Notes under the pieces: model-generated
Told to the model about the DNA's origin: nothing
Seen by the model: the letters and a program-made list of their open reading frames with translations, nothing else
The model's database searches: none
Part shown: positions 51,061 through 64,000 of the stretch, in pieces
Numbering within the stretch: position 1 is the first letter of the stretch
How the letters are laid out: the number at the start of each line of letters is the position of its first letter
Assembly: GCF_006345805.1 (NCBI RefSeq)
Contig: NC_043003.1
Coordinates: 79,360,001-79,424,000, forward strand
Source of the DNA: Octopus sinensis
Taxonomy: Eukaryota
Direction: 5' to 3'
DNA length: 64,000 bases
Program-made: the position numbers and the translations under genes

Positions 51061-51875
51061 TGATACGTATAACAAAATAAAACAGGAGAGCTTGTTTATA
51101 AGATATTTAAATAGTTTATAAACGAACTTTAAGTAGTTTATAAACGAACTTTCCTGCCTTGTTCTCTTTTCTGTGTGCACTCTGTGACATGCCCAACAGT
51201 GGATTCCATTTGAATGATGCAATGGATTATAACATGAATTCTCTACATGGTTTCTGTTCCGATATATAGGAATATGCTCGCAGTTCTAAATACTGGTCGT
51301 TTAAATGCAATTTAATACATAAATTACATTTACATACATAATATATTCATACATACATATATTTTTTATATACATGTATATACAAATAAAATACACACAA
51401 ACACATACATACACACCAACACATACAGTAACATCTCGAAAGTTCATTGACATCATCATTACTGAAAAATTCATTTGTAGAAGCTAAATAATATCATTTG
51501 GTGCATCTGAATACTTAATCTATAGTATTTAATATATATATGTGTGTGTGTGGAAGCCTTGTGCATAATACATTAGCAAATTCAAAGCACAAAGCAATGA
51601 TATAATGAGGGTGGTCTTTTTACTTTTGAGGTGTCTGTGAGAAAAAAAAATATTCAATTCTCAAACCTCCTGACTTTATGCTTATAACGAGTATGATGAT
51701 GATGATGATGATATATATATATATATATATAGGTAAACAGTAAAAATAATTACAGACATGGACAAGAACATGAAACACCACGGAGACGACACAAGAACCA
51801 CAGGACGGGACATTCGAAGCCCTCAGTCATCAGTCAAGAACCAGATCATCTTAGCAATTTCGGCTGATTAATCTT

Positions 51876-52252
51876 ATGGAGGTGCAATGGCCCAGTGGTT
51901 AGGGCAGCGGACTCGCGGTCATATGATCGCAGTTTCGATTCCCAGACTGGGCGTTGTGAGTGTTTATTGAGCGAAAACACCTAAAGCTCCACGAGGCTCT
52001 GGCAGGGGATGGTGGTGATCCCTGCTGTACTCTTTCACCACATGTTTCTCTCACTCTTTCTTCCTGTTTCTGTTGTACCTGTATTTCAAAGGGCCGGCCT
52101 TGTCACTCTCTGTGTCACGCTGAATATCCCCGAGAACTACGTTATGGGTACACGTGTCTGTGGAGTGCTCAGCCACTTACACGTTAATTTCACAAGCAGG
52201 CTGTTGGTCGGATCAACTAGAACCCTCATCGTCGTAACCGACGGAGTGCTTC
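51876..52252 (+). mobile_element. Family C SINE (long form)
   Basis: Same head as 20761 and 30937 with an alternative 3' part shared with 5670-5835. Confidence 0.85.
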
Positions 52253-52263
52253 CACACACACAC

Positions 52264-52296
<33 letters not shown>

Positions 52297-52309
52297 TATC
52301 TTTTTTTTT

Positions 52310-53218
52310 TACATGTTTCAGTCATTTGACTGTGGCCATGCTGGAGCACCACCTTTAGTTGAGCAAATTGACCATAGGACTTATTTTTTTAAAGTCTAGT
52401 ACTTATTCTATCGGTCTCTTTTGCCTAGCCACTAAGTTACAGGGATGCAAACACCAGCATCAGTTGTCAAGCGATGTTGGGGGGACAAACACAGACACAC
52501 AAACATATACACACACACACACACACACACATATACTCTTTTACTCTTTACTCTTTTACTTGTTTCAGTCATTTGACTGCGGCCATGCTGGAGCACCACC
52601 TTTAGTACTTATTCTATCGGTCTCTTTTTGCCGAACCGCTAAGTGACGGGGACGTAAACACACCAGCATCGGTTGTCAAGCAATGCTAGGGGGACAAACA
52701 CAGACACACAAATACACACACATATACATATATACGACAGGCCTCTTTCAGTTTCCATCTACCAAATCCACTCACAAGGCATTGGTCGGCCCGGGGCTAT
52801 AGCAGAAGACACTTGCCCAAGATGCCACGCAGTGGGACTGAACCTGCAACCGTGTGGTTGGTTAGCAAGCTACTTACCACACAGCCACTCCTGCGCCTAT
52901 GTATATATATATATACATCAATTGCTTACTAGTACTCTTAGTCACTATAGTGACGTCTATAGTTCTGCCTTTCAGATGTAAATTGCTAATAAGCCACCTT
53001 TATATACTCTCTTTTCTCTTTTACTTGTTTCAGTCATTTGACTGCGGCCATGCTGGAGCACCGCCTTTAGTCGAGCAAATCGACCCCGGTACTTATTCTT
53101 TGTAAGCCCAGTACTTATTCTATCGGTCTCTTTTGCCGAACCGCTAAGTGACGGGGACATAAACACACCAGCATCGGTTGTCAAGCAATGCTAGGGGGAC
53201 AAACACAGACACACAAAC

Positions 53219-53249
<31 letters not shown>

Positions 53250-53370
53250 CGACAGGCTTCTTTCAGTTTCCGTCTACCAAATCCACTCACAAGGCATTGG
53301 TCGGCCCGGGGCTATAGTAGAAGACACTTGCCCAAGATGCCACGCAGTGGGACTGAACCCGGAACCATGT
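52310..53370 (-). mobile_element. Array of three family A SINEs
   Basis: Copies at about 52310-52530, 52545-52900 and 53020-53370. Confidence 0.85.
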
Positions 53371-53699
53371 ATCAAATATAAAGAAATTCAGGAGGGATGA
53401 GATGAATATATTTATTTCACCAATTGATATCCATAGGATGATGGCCATTTCGCAGCCAACATCATACAAAAATGTTTTACTTTAGTGTATAATAAATACC
53501 ATAAATTACTTGACATGTCTGCACAATTGTGTATGCTATATGTTGCATAGTACTATTGTACATTTTACAAACCAATGCAGTTATAGAAGGCTAGCTCTTC
53601 AGGTCAACAGGATATCATGGTTACAAGCAATTTTTCAACTTCAGTATAAACATACAAAGTATCAACTTCAAATTTTTTAATTTGTGGAAGACAACAATT

Positions 53700-54245
53700 A
53701 ATAAAAAGATATACTAAAGAGGAGAGGAAGGAAGATTTAGTATTATATTAAAAAGGAAATTATGGGTAGAGGTGAAATATGTGAAGATGCTGTATGATAT
53801 GAGAGAGAGAGTCAGGTAGGTTATCCTCAATAACCTAGAAGTATTAAAAACAGAGAGGGAGAAAAAGAATGCGCATATTTAAAGGAAGGAAGGAGAAGTT
53901 AGCAGATATAGTATTTATAAAATATAGCGAGTAATGTCAACAAAAAGAGAAATAAAGTGAAAGTTAAACCAGAATGTGAGAGAGAAAGATAAATAAGAAC
54001 ATTAGAATTAGTTTGGTAGATCACAGTATACTGACCTATATAAAGTAAACAGAATGTGGAGAAAATGTATGAGATGGAAAAATTGTGAGATAAATTTGTT
54101 TTAAGATTGTTTAGAAAGATGTAATTAATAAGGCAGCTGGATAGTTTATAATGATTGCTAGTATTGAAAACAGGGTTGAAATTTAAATGGTCAATAGATT
54201 CAAAGTGTCTTAAGTAAACTGTATGAAAAATCCAGTACATTTAGC
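53700..54245 (-). mobile_element. Possible degenerate retroelement ORF fragment (Penelope-like?)
   Basis: CT-rich minus strand with an open stretch (FSISYIFSTFCLLY...LSLSHSGL); assignment rests on compositional impression only. Confidence 0.25.
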
Positions 54246-55053
54246 TAAGGAGTAAATAATGGTATTATTTGATTATTTCACCTGCATGATTTAAAAAAAA
54301 AAACTCGAATTTTTTGCATGGAATCAAGTACCCTGACCTCCTAATATGCTGCAAACCCCGTATTTTTATGCAGGAAAAAGGGTGTGAGAGTGTTGGGGAA
54401 ACCAGACCTCCTAATATGCTACAAACCTCTTATTTTTGTCTGGAAAAAATGGGTGCGTGTGGAAATTGGAAATTTTTTTTTCTTTTCCATTGAATGAATT
54501 CCGGTGACCTCTACCTTGATTAGCTTTAAATCATAAAATAATTTCATTGGTATTACACTATGGGGAGAGATTGGATGCCTTCCTTATAGTGATCTTTCTC
54601 AATATATGTTTTCTCACCAGTCTGTTTCTGATTTAGCCTGGTTAATCAGGTGGAATTTGGGGTTAGAGGCAAAGTTTGGTTGGTGGTCTTTGATTGTGAT
54701 AAAGACATTTCTCTTAGCTAACACTTCCACTCTATCAGCTACACCTAGACAGTTTGGTTTCATTGTTAATACAAGTGTATGTGTGTGGGAAAGCTTGCCT
54801 ACATTTCTGTGTGATGCAGTTCTTTAAAAGCCTGTGTGTGCTGGTGTCTACTCTATATGGGTTTCTTTTTTTTTAGATTTTGTCAGGGAAGAGTAAAACT
54901 CTATCTGAATTTTTAAGTAAATGTAAATCAGAAGAAAGCTCACACTGAAATGGTGATAAAGGCATTTCTCTTAGCTAATGCAGAACTATTTTAGACATAC
55001 CTGAAACTGATCTAACAAAGATAGCACTACTACAGTCACATTTATTGCCAGTA

Positions 55054-56103
55054 GGCGTAGGAGTGGCTGTGTGGTAAGTAGCTTGCTTACCAACCACATG
55101 GTTCCGGGTTCAGTTCCACTGCATGGCACCTTGGGCAAGTGTCTTCTACTATAAGCCTCGGGTCAACCAAAGCCTTGTGAGTGGATTTGGTAGACGGAAA
55201 CTTAAAGAAGCCCTTCGTATATATATATATATGTGTGTGTGTGTGTATTTGTGCGTCTGTGTTTTTTCTGCCAACTTTGCTTAACAACTGATGCTGGTGT
55301 GTTTACGTCCCCGTAACTTAGCGGTTCGGCAAAAAAGAGACCAATAGATAAGTACTAGACTTACAAAGAATAAGTCCTGAGGTCGATTTGCTCGACTAAA
55401 GGCAGTGCTCCAGCATGGCCACAGTCAAATGACTGAAACAAAAGAGTAAAAGTAGAATTTCGTTCTGGAATTTTTTGCTAACGAAATTCATGCTTCCAGT
55501 CTGGTTTGGCTTGGTTTCTATAAGTGGATGCCCTTCCTTATACCAACTACTCCAAGAGTATAGTGGGTGCCTTTTACATGACATCAGCACTGGGCATGAC
55601 TTTGATTTCCCTTCACTTGATGTGTCTTCTCAAGCAGATAGCCAAAGGTCTTGATCACTTGTTATCACCTGTGAGATTCAACATCCACATACACACACAT
55701 ACATATATATATATATATAAAACTCTTTTACTCTATTCTTTTACTTGTTTCAGTCATTTGACTGTGGCCATGCTGGAGCACCGCCTTTAGTCGAGCAAAT
55801 CGAAGCCTAGTACTTGTTCTATCGGTCTCTTTTGCTGAACCACTAAGTTATGGGGATGTAAACACACCAGCATCGGTTGTCAAGCGATGTTGGGGGGACA
55901 AACACAGACACACAAACATACACACATATATATACATATATTCGATGGGCTTCTTTCAGTTTCCGTCTACGAAATCCACTCAAGGCTTTGGTCGGCCCAA
56001 GGCTATAGTAGAAGGTACTCGCCCAAGGTGCCACGCAGTGGGACTGAACCCGGAACCATGAGGTTGGTAAGCAAGATACTTATCACACAGCCACTCCTAC
56101 GCC
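55054..56103. mobile_element. Inverted pair of family A SINEs (+ 55054-55453; - 55720-56103), 250 bp into intron 1
   Basis: Two near full-length copies arranged tail to tail. Confidence 0.85.
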
Positions 56104-56353
56104 TATATAAATGTATAGGAAGCAAAATTATAACACTGTATTTACTCATGAATGATACAAGAAATTTTATACAAAAACACTAGGTTTAAAATGGAGAAGA
56201 GTGTAGCATTTTAACCTTGTGAGTAAACTATGAGGATAAATATATTATAATAAATTTTGGGACACAGAAATTGAGAGTTGAAATACATTCAAGAAAACAT
56301 CACACTGGAATATGTTGCAAATAAAGATCAAGAAAATGTTTTTGATTGCTTAC

Positions 56354-56710
56354 CTTATAAATATCAGGTAGATTTGCATTATAAGTCACTGGAAGAATCA
56401 AATGTGCCACAATAGCCATGGAGATTGGAAAAACTAAAATCAGGAACCAGTATGTGAGTCCTTGGTTTATCATAATAGCTGGTACTCCCATTATTGTGTT
56501 GGCTGAAAGGTAACTTGCTGTAAGCGATAATGCCACTGGTATGGTGTTAACAGCAACTCTGCGACCAGTATTTTTTTTGGTGATAAACCTATATATGGTA
56601 TAGGCCAAGTTACATACCACTGGCAGTAGAACAACAACAAATAAGAGAACCATGTCAATTGTACTTAATTCTTTTGACTCAGAAGTCGTTGTGTTGGTAG
56701 ACGTATTCAT
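56354..56710 (-). CDS. SLC5: SLC5 sodium:solute symporter (NIS/SMVT/SMCT branch), coding exon 1
   Basis: ATG at 56710 (the ORF track starts at an upstream TTG). Encodes MNTST...PVALSLTASYLSANTIMGVPA...YWFL...LPVTYNANLPDIYK, 357 nt = 119 codons, then a GTAAG donor. PVALSLTAS.xSA..xGxP is the SLC5 TM1 motif. Confidence 0.93.
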
Positions 56711-57589
56711 TTTGGAATAGTTTGACAATTTTTAATTCTAAATTGGATTGATAGAATACACGGTTTGGTTTATACCAAAGGGCCTGATCTGTTTCTGTTA
56801 CAAATCTGTGCTTTTAGTGTCTCTCTCTCTCTCTCTCCCTCTCTGTCTTACACATACATATGTAGGAATCTTGTTTGGTTAAGGTTTTTAATTTGGACGG
56901 ATGAAGTTGTGGTGTCACTTTGGTGAAGTGGTTAGTATTGCTTTATGGTTCACAGCAGAAACAAGTTTTTATTCCAATAGGTTATATTATACACTTTTTT
57001 TCATCAAAAGTATATATATATAGTGTGTGAGTGTGTGTGTATTACAAAACTAAGAGAGTAATCAATTCTAAGTTGCGGAGGTAATGCATATGAGTGTTTG
57101 AAGTTGAGAAAATCTTTCTATTACTCAGAGTTTATCACAGAAAACTCTGTTAAATTTCCCAATTTAAAAGAGATACGCACACACATGTATATATTCATAT
57201 ACATGTGTGTGTATTTATATGTGTGTGTATATGTACGTATGTGTGTATTAGTTTTTTTTTAACTGACAGTGGCTTTTATGTTCTATAGTTTGGACAGGAA
57301 ATAAGAAGCCATGAATGGCTTGGAAAATAGATCAAGCATGTTTTAGATGTTTTAGAAGCCGATTTCTTTAAAGTTTTCTTCTTTGATTCTGAAAAAGAAT
57401 TGGAAAAAAAAAAGTCAATTAATATTTTGTTAATATGTTACATATTCATATTTCTGACATGAATTATTGCAAAAATATTCTCAGATTTATATTATTAATC
57501 ACACTGAAGTTCTAAACTAGTCTGAAGACATTGTGATTGTATATGTGCATGTGTAAATAAATAAATGATTGAATGAATTAATTAATGTA

Positions 57590-57638
<49 letters not shown>

Positions 57639-57799
57639 TCTCTTCTGTTTTTAATTGTTTGACTTCTTATTCAGAAGGAGCTGGTTTCTAACAAACATAC
57701 AAAGCTCCATCCTTGGAAGGTTGATAACAAAAATGTCACATTTTAAACTCGAGGGAAGTCTTGCATATTTTTACTGTTCTACTTACAGGCTGTCATATA

Positions 57800-58462
57800 T
57801 GTGTGTGTGTGTGTGTGTGTAAATGAGTGTATGTCTTTGTGTCTACGTTTGTCCCCCCCATCACCACTTGACAACTAGTGTTTGTGTGTTTACGTCCCAG
57901 TAGTCTAGCAGTTTGGCAAAAGAGATTGATAGAATAAGTACTAAGCTTTAAAAAAATAAGTCCTGGGGTTGATTTGTTTGGCTAAAACCATTCGAGTTGG
58001 TGCTCCAGCATGGCTGCAGTCAAATGAATGGAACAAGTAAAAAAATAAAAGAATATATATGGTATAGAGTGGCTGTGTGGTAAGTAGCTTGCTAACCAAC
58101 CACATGGTTCCGGGTTCAGTCCCACTGCGTGGCATCTTGGGCAAGTGTCTTCTGCTATAGCCTTGGGTCGACCAATGCCTTGTGAGTGGATTTGGTAGAC
58201 GGAAACTGAAAGAAGCCTGTTGTATATATGTATATATGTGTATATGTATGTGTGTGTGTGTTTGTGTGTCTGTGTTTGTCCCCCCAGCATTGCTTGACAA
58301 CCGATGCTGGTGTGTTTACGTCCCCGTTACTTAGCGGTTCGGCAAAAGAGACCGATAGAATAAGTACTGGGCTTACAAAGAATAAGCCCCGGGGTCGATT
58401 TGCTTGACTGGAGGTGGTGCTCCAGCATGGCCGCAGTCAAATGACTGAAACAAGTAAAAGAG
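57800..58462 (+). mobile_element. Family A SINEs (a 3' half plus a full copy at 58067-58462)
   Basis: Consensus blocks as at 32200. Confidence 0.83.
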
Positions 58463-58499
58463 GGTATTTCCTAGCAATCTCCTGTTCTTGAATTGAAAA

Positions 58500-58870
58500 T
58501 GCATAACCTTTGAAGAATGTGATGTGATGTAGCAAACACAAGTCCTAGAGAGGCTTCATTTCATGTCAATGTTACTATCTTCTTCAACTCTTCTGGAAAC
58601 ATTCCTATGCATGGTCCTTTTTTGGCACATTCACGTCTTCTTTGAAGTATGTTAGCCTGCCTGTTTTGAGGTCGTATGAGAGGTCATCAGGAAAGGAGTG
58701 CTTCCTGAGGAGCTCTCTGTTTTCATGAAGGATGTGTTTATTTTTGCTGCTGCTGTTTAGCAAGTGCTGTCTGAGAGAGACTATTCAATATTTGAAGGCT
58801 ATCTGCACTGATCCCAAGCCTCAACCTACTTTGTCTCCTCTTAGGTAAAGCCTGTTTGCATCACTATTTC
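58500..58870 (-). mobile_element. Degenerate R4/Dong-type LINE fragment
   Basis: DANRLYLRGDK..GL.S pattern (RLY.PR..GGRGL) and a downstream PMH-like motif, with stops and frameshifts. Confidence 0.5.
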
Positions 58871-59154
58871 AGTAAAAGAAAAATGGTAAAGTTACCTTTT
58901 TCAGTCATGCCATAAGGGCCAGTTTCTAGGTTTCTATGGCACATAAATTCCCCAACTAAATGGGAAGTTGGCCTGTTGCAGGATTACTCATGTTTGCCAG
59001 CTGAGTGAACTGGAGCAATGTGAAATGAAGTGTTTCACTCAAAAACCACATGTCGCTTGGTCCAGGAACTGGACCTGTGACTTCTTTTTGTAGCTCCAGT
59101 GGACCTGTGATTTCTTTTTGTAGCCCCCAATGAAAAAAGTCCTTCAAGGAAAAT

Positions 59155-59362
59155 GTTTTGCAGATGCTTAAGAGGTAAAGAAAAATCAATGGAGGTGTTA
59201 AAATGCATCACTTCGCAAGAGTTCCAGGACTGCTTTGAACAGTGGAAAACATATCTGGACTGATGCATCACTTCTAATGGAGAATACTTTGAAGGTGATA
59301 AATGTGTAAACTAAGTGAATAAAATGTTGCAAAAACTCTGGTATCTTTTAGGTACCCCTTCA
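59155..59362 (+). mobile_element. Mariner 3' end
   Basis: EFQDCFEQWKTYLD*CITSNGEYFEGD followed by TIR-like ctctggtatcttttaggtacccct. Confidence 0.8.
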
Positions 59363-60120
59363 TATATATATATGTTTGTGGAGGCGTGTGGCTTACTGGT
59401 TAGGGTGATCGTAAGATTGTGGTTTCGATTCTTGGACAGGGCGACGCGTTGTTTTCTTGAGCAAAACACTTCATTTCACATTGCTTCAGTCCACTCAGCT
59501 GGCAAAAATGAGTAACACTGCGATGGACTGGCGTCCCGTCCAGCTGGGGAACATATACGCCACAGAAACCAGGAAACCGGGCCCATGAGCTGTGCTAGGC
59601 TTTAAAAGGGTGCATTTGTTATGTGTATATATATATATATATAATAATGGGTACTATGTCCCTTTATTTTCCCGCAATGAACCCCCAGAAACAGCCACTG
59701 GTACCCCATTTTAATTTTAATTTCGCTCCTCATTGTATCTTTTACTTCACTTCCATCACCATTTCAGACATTCTCCATTATTTTTACCTATACATGCATG
59801 TTTTAACATTTTTATACTTCCATCTGGAGATTTAAAAAAAATCTATTAATTTACACACATATATTTTTAATACATTTATTTCTTTATAGATCTTTAAAAA
59901 AAAAATGTCTGTGTATTTGTATATTTTTTATTCTATCCTGTACATTTGTCTTTTAAATCCATCTCTAATTGGAGTCATGTTTGCTGATTGAATTACCAGG
60001 TCTTTTGTTTCTTCACATTACATATTTATATCTTTCGTCTCAAGTTACTCTTGAGCACTTCTAAATCTAAACATCTACATTGTGAGAGAATTTCTAATCA
60101 ATTTTTCTCTTCAAAACAAT

Positions 60121-60151
<31 letters not shown>

Positions 60152-60547
60152 TTGTGTGTGTGTGTATATTATTTATGTATATATACACCGTTATATATAT
60201 ATATATACACATACATACACACACACACATATATATATATATGATATGTATATTATACATGTATATGTATATATATATATATTTATATATCATCAACATC
60301 ATCATCATTAGTTAATGTCTGTTGTCCATGCTGGCATGGGTTAGATGGTTTGACTGGGCTGGCAGGCTGAAAGGTTGCACCAGACTCCAGTCTGATTTGT
60401 CATGGTTTTCTTCAGCTGGATGCCTTTCCTAATGTCAGCCACTCCGAAAGTGTAAGGGGTGCTTTTACGTGTCACTCGTACTGGTGCCATTTGCATGACA
60501 CCGAGGTGCATTTATGTGCCACTGGCATTGGAGCCTATTTGCGCAAT

Positions 60548-60772
60548 ACCTATTTCTTTACGACACCCAAGGGGCTAAACACAGAGAGGACAGACAAATG
60601 GATTAAGTTGGTTATATCGACCCCAGTGCGTAACTGGTACTTATTTAATCGACCCCGAAAGGATGAAAGGCAAAGTTGACCTCGGCGGAATTTGAACTCA
60701 GAACGTAACGGCAGACGAAATACGGCTACGCATTTCGCCCGGCGTTCTAACGTTCCTGCCAGCTCGCCACCG
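60548..60772 (-). mobile_element. Family B SINE
   Basis: Reverse complement of the 16001-16237 element. Confidence 0.85.
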
Positions 60773-60789
60773 TTATCTCTGTGCAATAC

Positions 60790-62356
60790 CGGTATATTCT
60801 ACAACTTTGCGCTATACCGGTATCTACTACAACTGCGATTTTGCTTGGCTTGATGGGTCTTCTTCTCATGCACAACATAATACCAAAGATCTTGGTCATT
60901 GCTTCCTTGAAACCCAATGCTTGAAAGGAACTCAGTCACCTCGCTTCCGTAAGGCCCAACACTTGAAAAGAACTCAGCCACTTTGCCTCCATGAGGCCCA
61001 ACGTTCAAAGGGTGTTCTTTACGTGCCACTAGCATGGGTGTACTTGGACTGATGGGTCCTCTCAAGCACAGCACATTGCCAAAGGTCTTGGTCAGCAGTC
61101 ATTGCCTCTGTGAGGCTCAAAGTTCGAAGATCCTGCTTCACCACTTCGTCCCATGTCTTCTTAGGTCTACCTCTACCACAAGTTCCCTCCACAGTTAGAG
61201 AATGGCACTTCTTTACACAGCTGTCCTCGTCCATACACAATACATGACCATACCAGTGCAGTTATCTCTCTTGTACACCACATCTAATGCTTCTTATACC
61301 TAACTTTTCTCTCAAGATGCTTACACTCTGTCAAACATGCACACTGACATTGCACATCCAGCGAAGTATACCATCTTCATTTCTTTCAAGCCTATGGATG
61401 TCCTTGGCTGTCATAGCCCATGTTTCATTGCCATGTAGCATGGCTGTTTGCACACAGGCATTGTATACTCTGCCTTACACTCTGAGAGAAAGAGGCCTTT
61501 TGTTGCCAGCAGCAGTAAGAGCTCTCTGAACTTTGCCCAGCCTAATCGTGTTCTCATAGCTATGCACTCGGAGCATCCCCCTCCACAACTAACTTGGTCA
61601 CCTAGATAACTGAAGCTATCTACTACATCTAGCTTGCTCCCCTTGCAGTTGATGGAGTCTATTTTCTGCACATTTTCAGTGTATATTGTACCTGTGCACC
61701 TTCCACATACAAAATTAGTTTCCCTGATGTTGCTGCACCTTTTATGTGTCCAAAGCTTACACTGTGTGCATCTTATTGAGTTTTTACTTACAACTTTTCT
61801 ACAGATTGAGCAGGGCCATCTACCTGAAGGATTTGTGATTTGCCTGCCTTCCTACTTACTATGACTTTGGTTTTTGCTAGGTTAACTTTAAGGCCTTTTA
61901 ATTCTAGACCTTCCATATCTGGAACTTCTTCTCTAGTTCAGATAGTGATTCAGCTATAAGAGCAAGGCCATCAGCATAGAGGAGCTTCCAGGGGTAGCCG
62001 GTCTTGAATTCCTCTGTTATTGCCTGGAGGACTATGATGAACCAGAGGGGGCTGAGCACCGATCCTTGGTGAACCCCTACATGTACTCTGAATTCTTCAC
62101 TGTACTTATTGCCCACCTTCACCATACTGGTAGCATCCCTGTAAAAGGCTTGTACGGCTCTCACCAACCACTTGTCTGTCCCCAGTTTCCACATTGACCA
62201 CCAGATTGTGAGACTCTGTCAAAAGCTTTCTCCAAGTCAACAAAAGCCAAGTACAGAGGTTTTTCTTTGGCTAGGTATTACTCCTGCAGTTGCCTTACCA
62301 GAAATATAGCATCAGTGGTGCTTCTACCTGGCACAAAACCAAACAGCATCTCATCA
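60790..62356 (-). mobile_element. RTE (BovB-like) LINE, 5'-truncated RT pseudogene
   Basis: GVHQGSVLSP, LLYADG (YADD mutated), FSYLG, and GRGRPKKTW motifs in frameshifted ORFs, plus a repetitive 3' UTR. Confidence 0.93.
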
Positions 62357-62370
62357 TAAATATATATATA

Positions 62371-63110
62371 TCATCATCATCATCATCGTTTAGCATCCGC
62401 TTTCCATGCTAGCATGGGTTGCACGGTTCGACTGGGGTCTGGGAAGCCAGAAGGCTGCACCAGGCCCTATCTGATCTGGCAATGTTTCTACGGCTGGATG
62501 CCCTTCCTAATGCCAACCACTTCGTGAGTGTAGTGGGTGCTTTTTACATGCCAGACGAAGCTGGCAAACGGCCACGATCGGATAGTGCTTTTTATGTGCC
62601 ACCGACATGGAGGCCAGGCGAGGCTGGCAATGGCCACGATCGGATGGTGCTTTTCACATGCCACCGGCATGGAGGCCAGTCGGGGCGGCGCTAGGCGTGG
62701 GAGTGGCTGTTTGGTAAGTAGCTTGCGTACCAACCACATTGTTCCAGCTTCAGTTCCACTGCATGGCACCTTGGGCAAGTGTCTATTACTATAGCCTCAG
62801 GCCAACCAAGGCCTTGTGAGTGGACTTGGTAGATGGAAACTCAAAGAAGCCCATCGTATATATATGTATATATATGTGTGTGTGTGTGTGTGTATGTTTG
62901 TGTGTCTATGTTTGTCCCCTAGCATTGCTTGACAACCGAAGCTGGTGCGTTTATGTCACTGTCACTTAGCAGTTCGGCAAAAGAGACTGATAGAATAAGT
63001 ACAGGGCTTACAAAAATAAGTCCCAGGGTCGATTTGCTCGACTAAAGGCGGTGCTCCAGCATGGCTGCAGTCAAATGACTGAAACAAGTAAAAGAGTAAA
63101 GAGCAAAGAG
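62371..63110. mobile_element. Family E(-) 62371-62690 abutting family A(+) 62693-63110, head to head
   Basis: Consensus blocks. Confidence 0.82.
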
Positions 63111-63669
63111 TATATATATATTTTTTATAAATATGTATATAATGCATGTATATTATACACACACACACACACACACACATATACATATATACATACACAC
63201 TCACACACACAGGCATACATACCATAAACTACACAACAAAGAAAATAATCAAATTTAAGATTTCAAAACCATTTTTTTTTTATTATTCAAGAGGTTATAA
63301 ATATGAAACAATACGAATGTGGGAAAAACAGCTGAAGATATTTTAGATACAGATTTATAATTTTTTTAAAGTATTTTGCGATACAGTTATATCAGCTATA
63401 TGTATCTCGGTTGTGTTCACAAATATTTTTGTTGAAATTCATTTCATTTCATTCTACATTTTAGAAATGTGGAATAATAATGAGGAAACATTCGATATCT
63501 TTTGGCTGATCTTGTCATAACAAAATATTTTTCATACTCCATGAATTTCATTATAAAGGAATTTCACACACACACACACACATTTTTATAGTTATTATAT
63601 ATTTATATCTATGTATCTCTGTATCAATCTATCTATTTATCTGTCCATCAACTATCATCATCATCATCA

Positions 63670-63701
<32 letters not shown>

Positions 63702-63744
63702 GTTATCATCATCATCATCATCATTATCATCATCTTTCTTATTA

Positions 63745-64000
63745 TTGAGTGAGAGAGCAGTGCATGCCATCAAAGTGACACTGGGGTAAAATATACAAAG
63801 CCCAGTATACCCATCATGACTTTCCATCTGATAAGGGTACACCAGACACATGCATCACAACTATATGCGTGCAACGTGCATCTCATACCGAGATAAACAA
63901 TATGTGACCTTGCAGGTGGGGCCCAGTTAGAATTTTCTTCTGGTTGAGTAGCCCATCTCGCTCAAAAGGTCCTTGAATAAGAGTTGTTTAAGGCTGTAGA
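63745..64000 (-). mobile_element. Family F repeat 3' part with (AAT/GAT)n tail
   Basis: Reverse complement of the 25050-25270 region. Confidence 0.83.

Noticed and set aside
51805-51870. Minus-strand CTGATGA...GAATGTC with an upstream GAAA
   Set aside because: No stem II pairing, GAAA incomplete and no stem I; cannot support a ribozyme call.

Overview
AT-rich, microsatellite- and retroposon-dense eukaryotic DNA; the repeat families suggest an octopus or other coleoid cephalopod (inference). The one host gene is an SLC5 (sodium:solute symporter) gene of the NIS/SMVT/SMCT branch on the minus strand. I reconstructed 12 GT-AG coding exons (56710 down to 1000, 455 in-frame codons); the remaining 3' exons lie outside the window. 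Intron positions and phases match those I recall for human SLC5A5, but the protein is divergent: several conserved pocket residues are changed and two extracellular loops are shortened. The introns hold tRNA-derived SINEs (here families A-C), an RTE-tailed repeat (family E), RTE, CR1 and R4-like LINE fragments, mariner remnants, a Helitron, and piggyBac- and hAT-like MITEs. The most unusual signal is a set of minimal type I hammerhead ribozyme motifs of the Penelope-like kind. One sits in the loop of a 148-bp fold-back inserted into a mariner (18.1-18.6 kb). Another is the tail of a tRNA-headed SINE with an inverted, headless twin (32.9-33.4 kb). Also notable: a perfect 117-bp inverted repeat, a CpG-rich CTCF/NRF1/ETS-like motif cluster in intron 7, and a tandem duplication that preserves the empty sites of three insertions. 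Repeat boundaries are approximate; exon boundaries were counted to the base.
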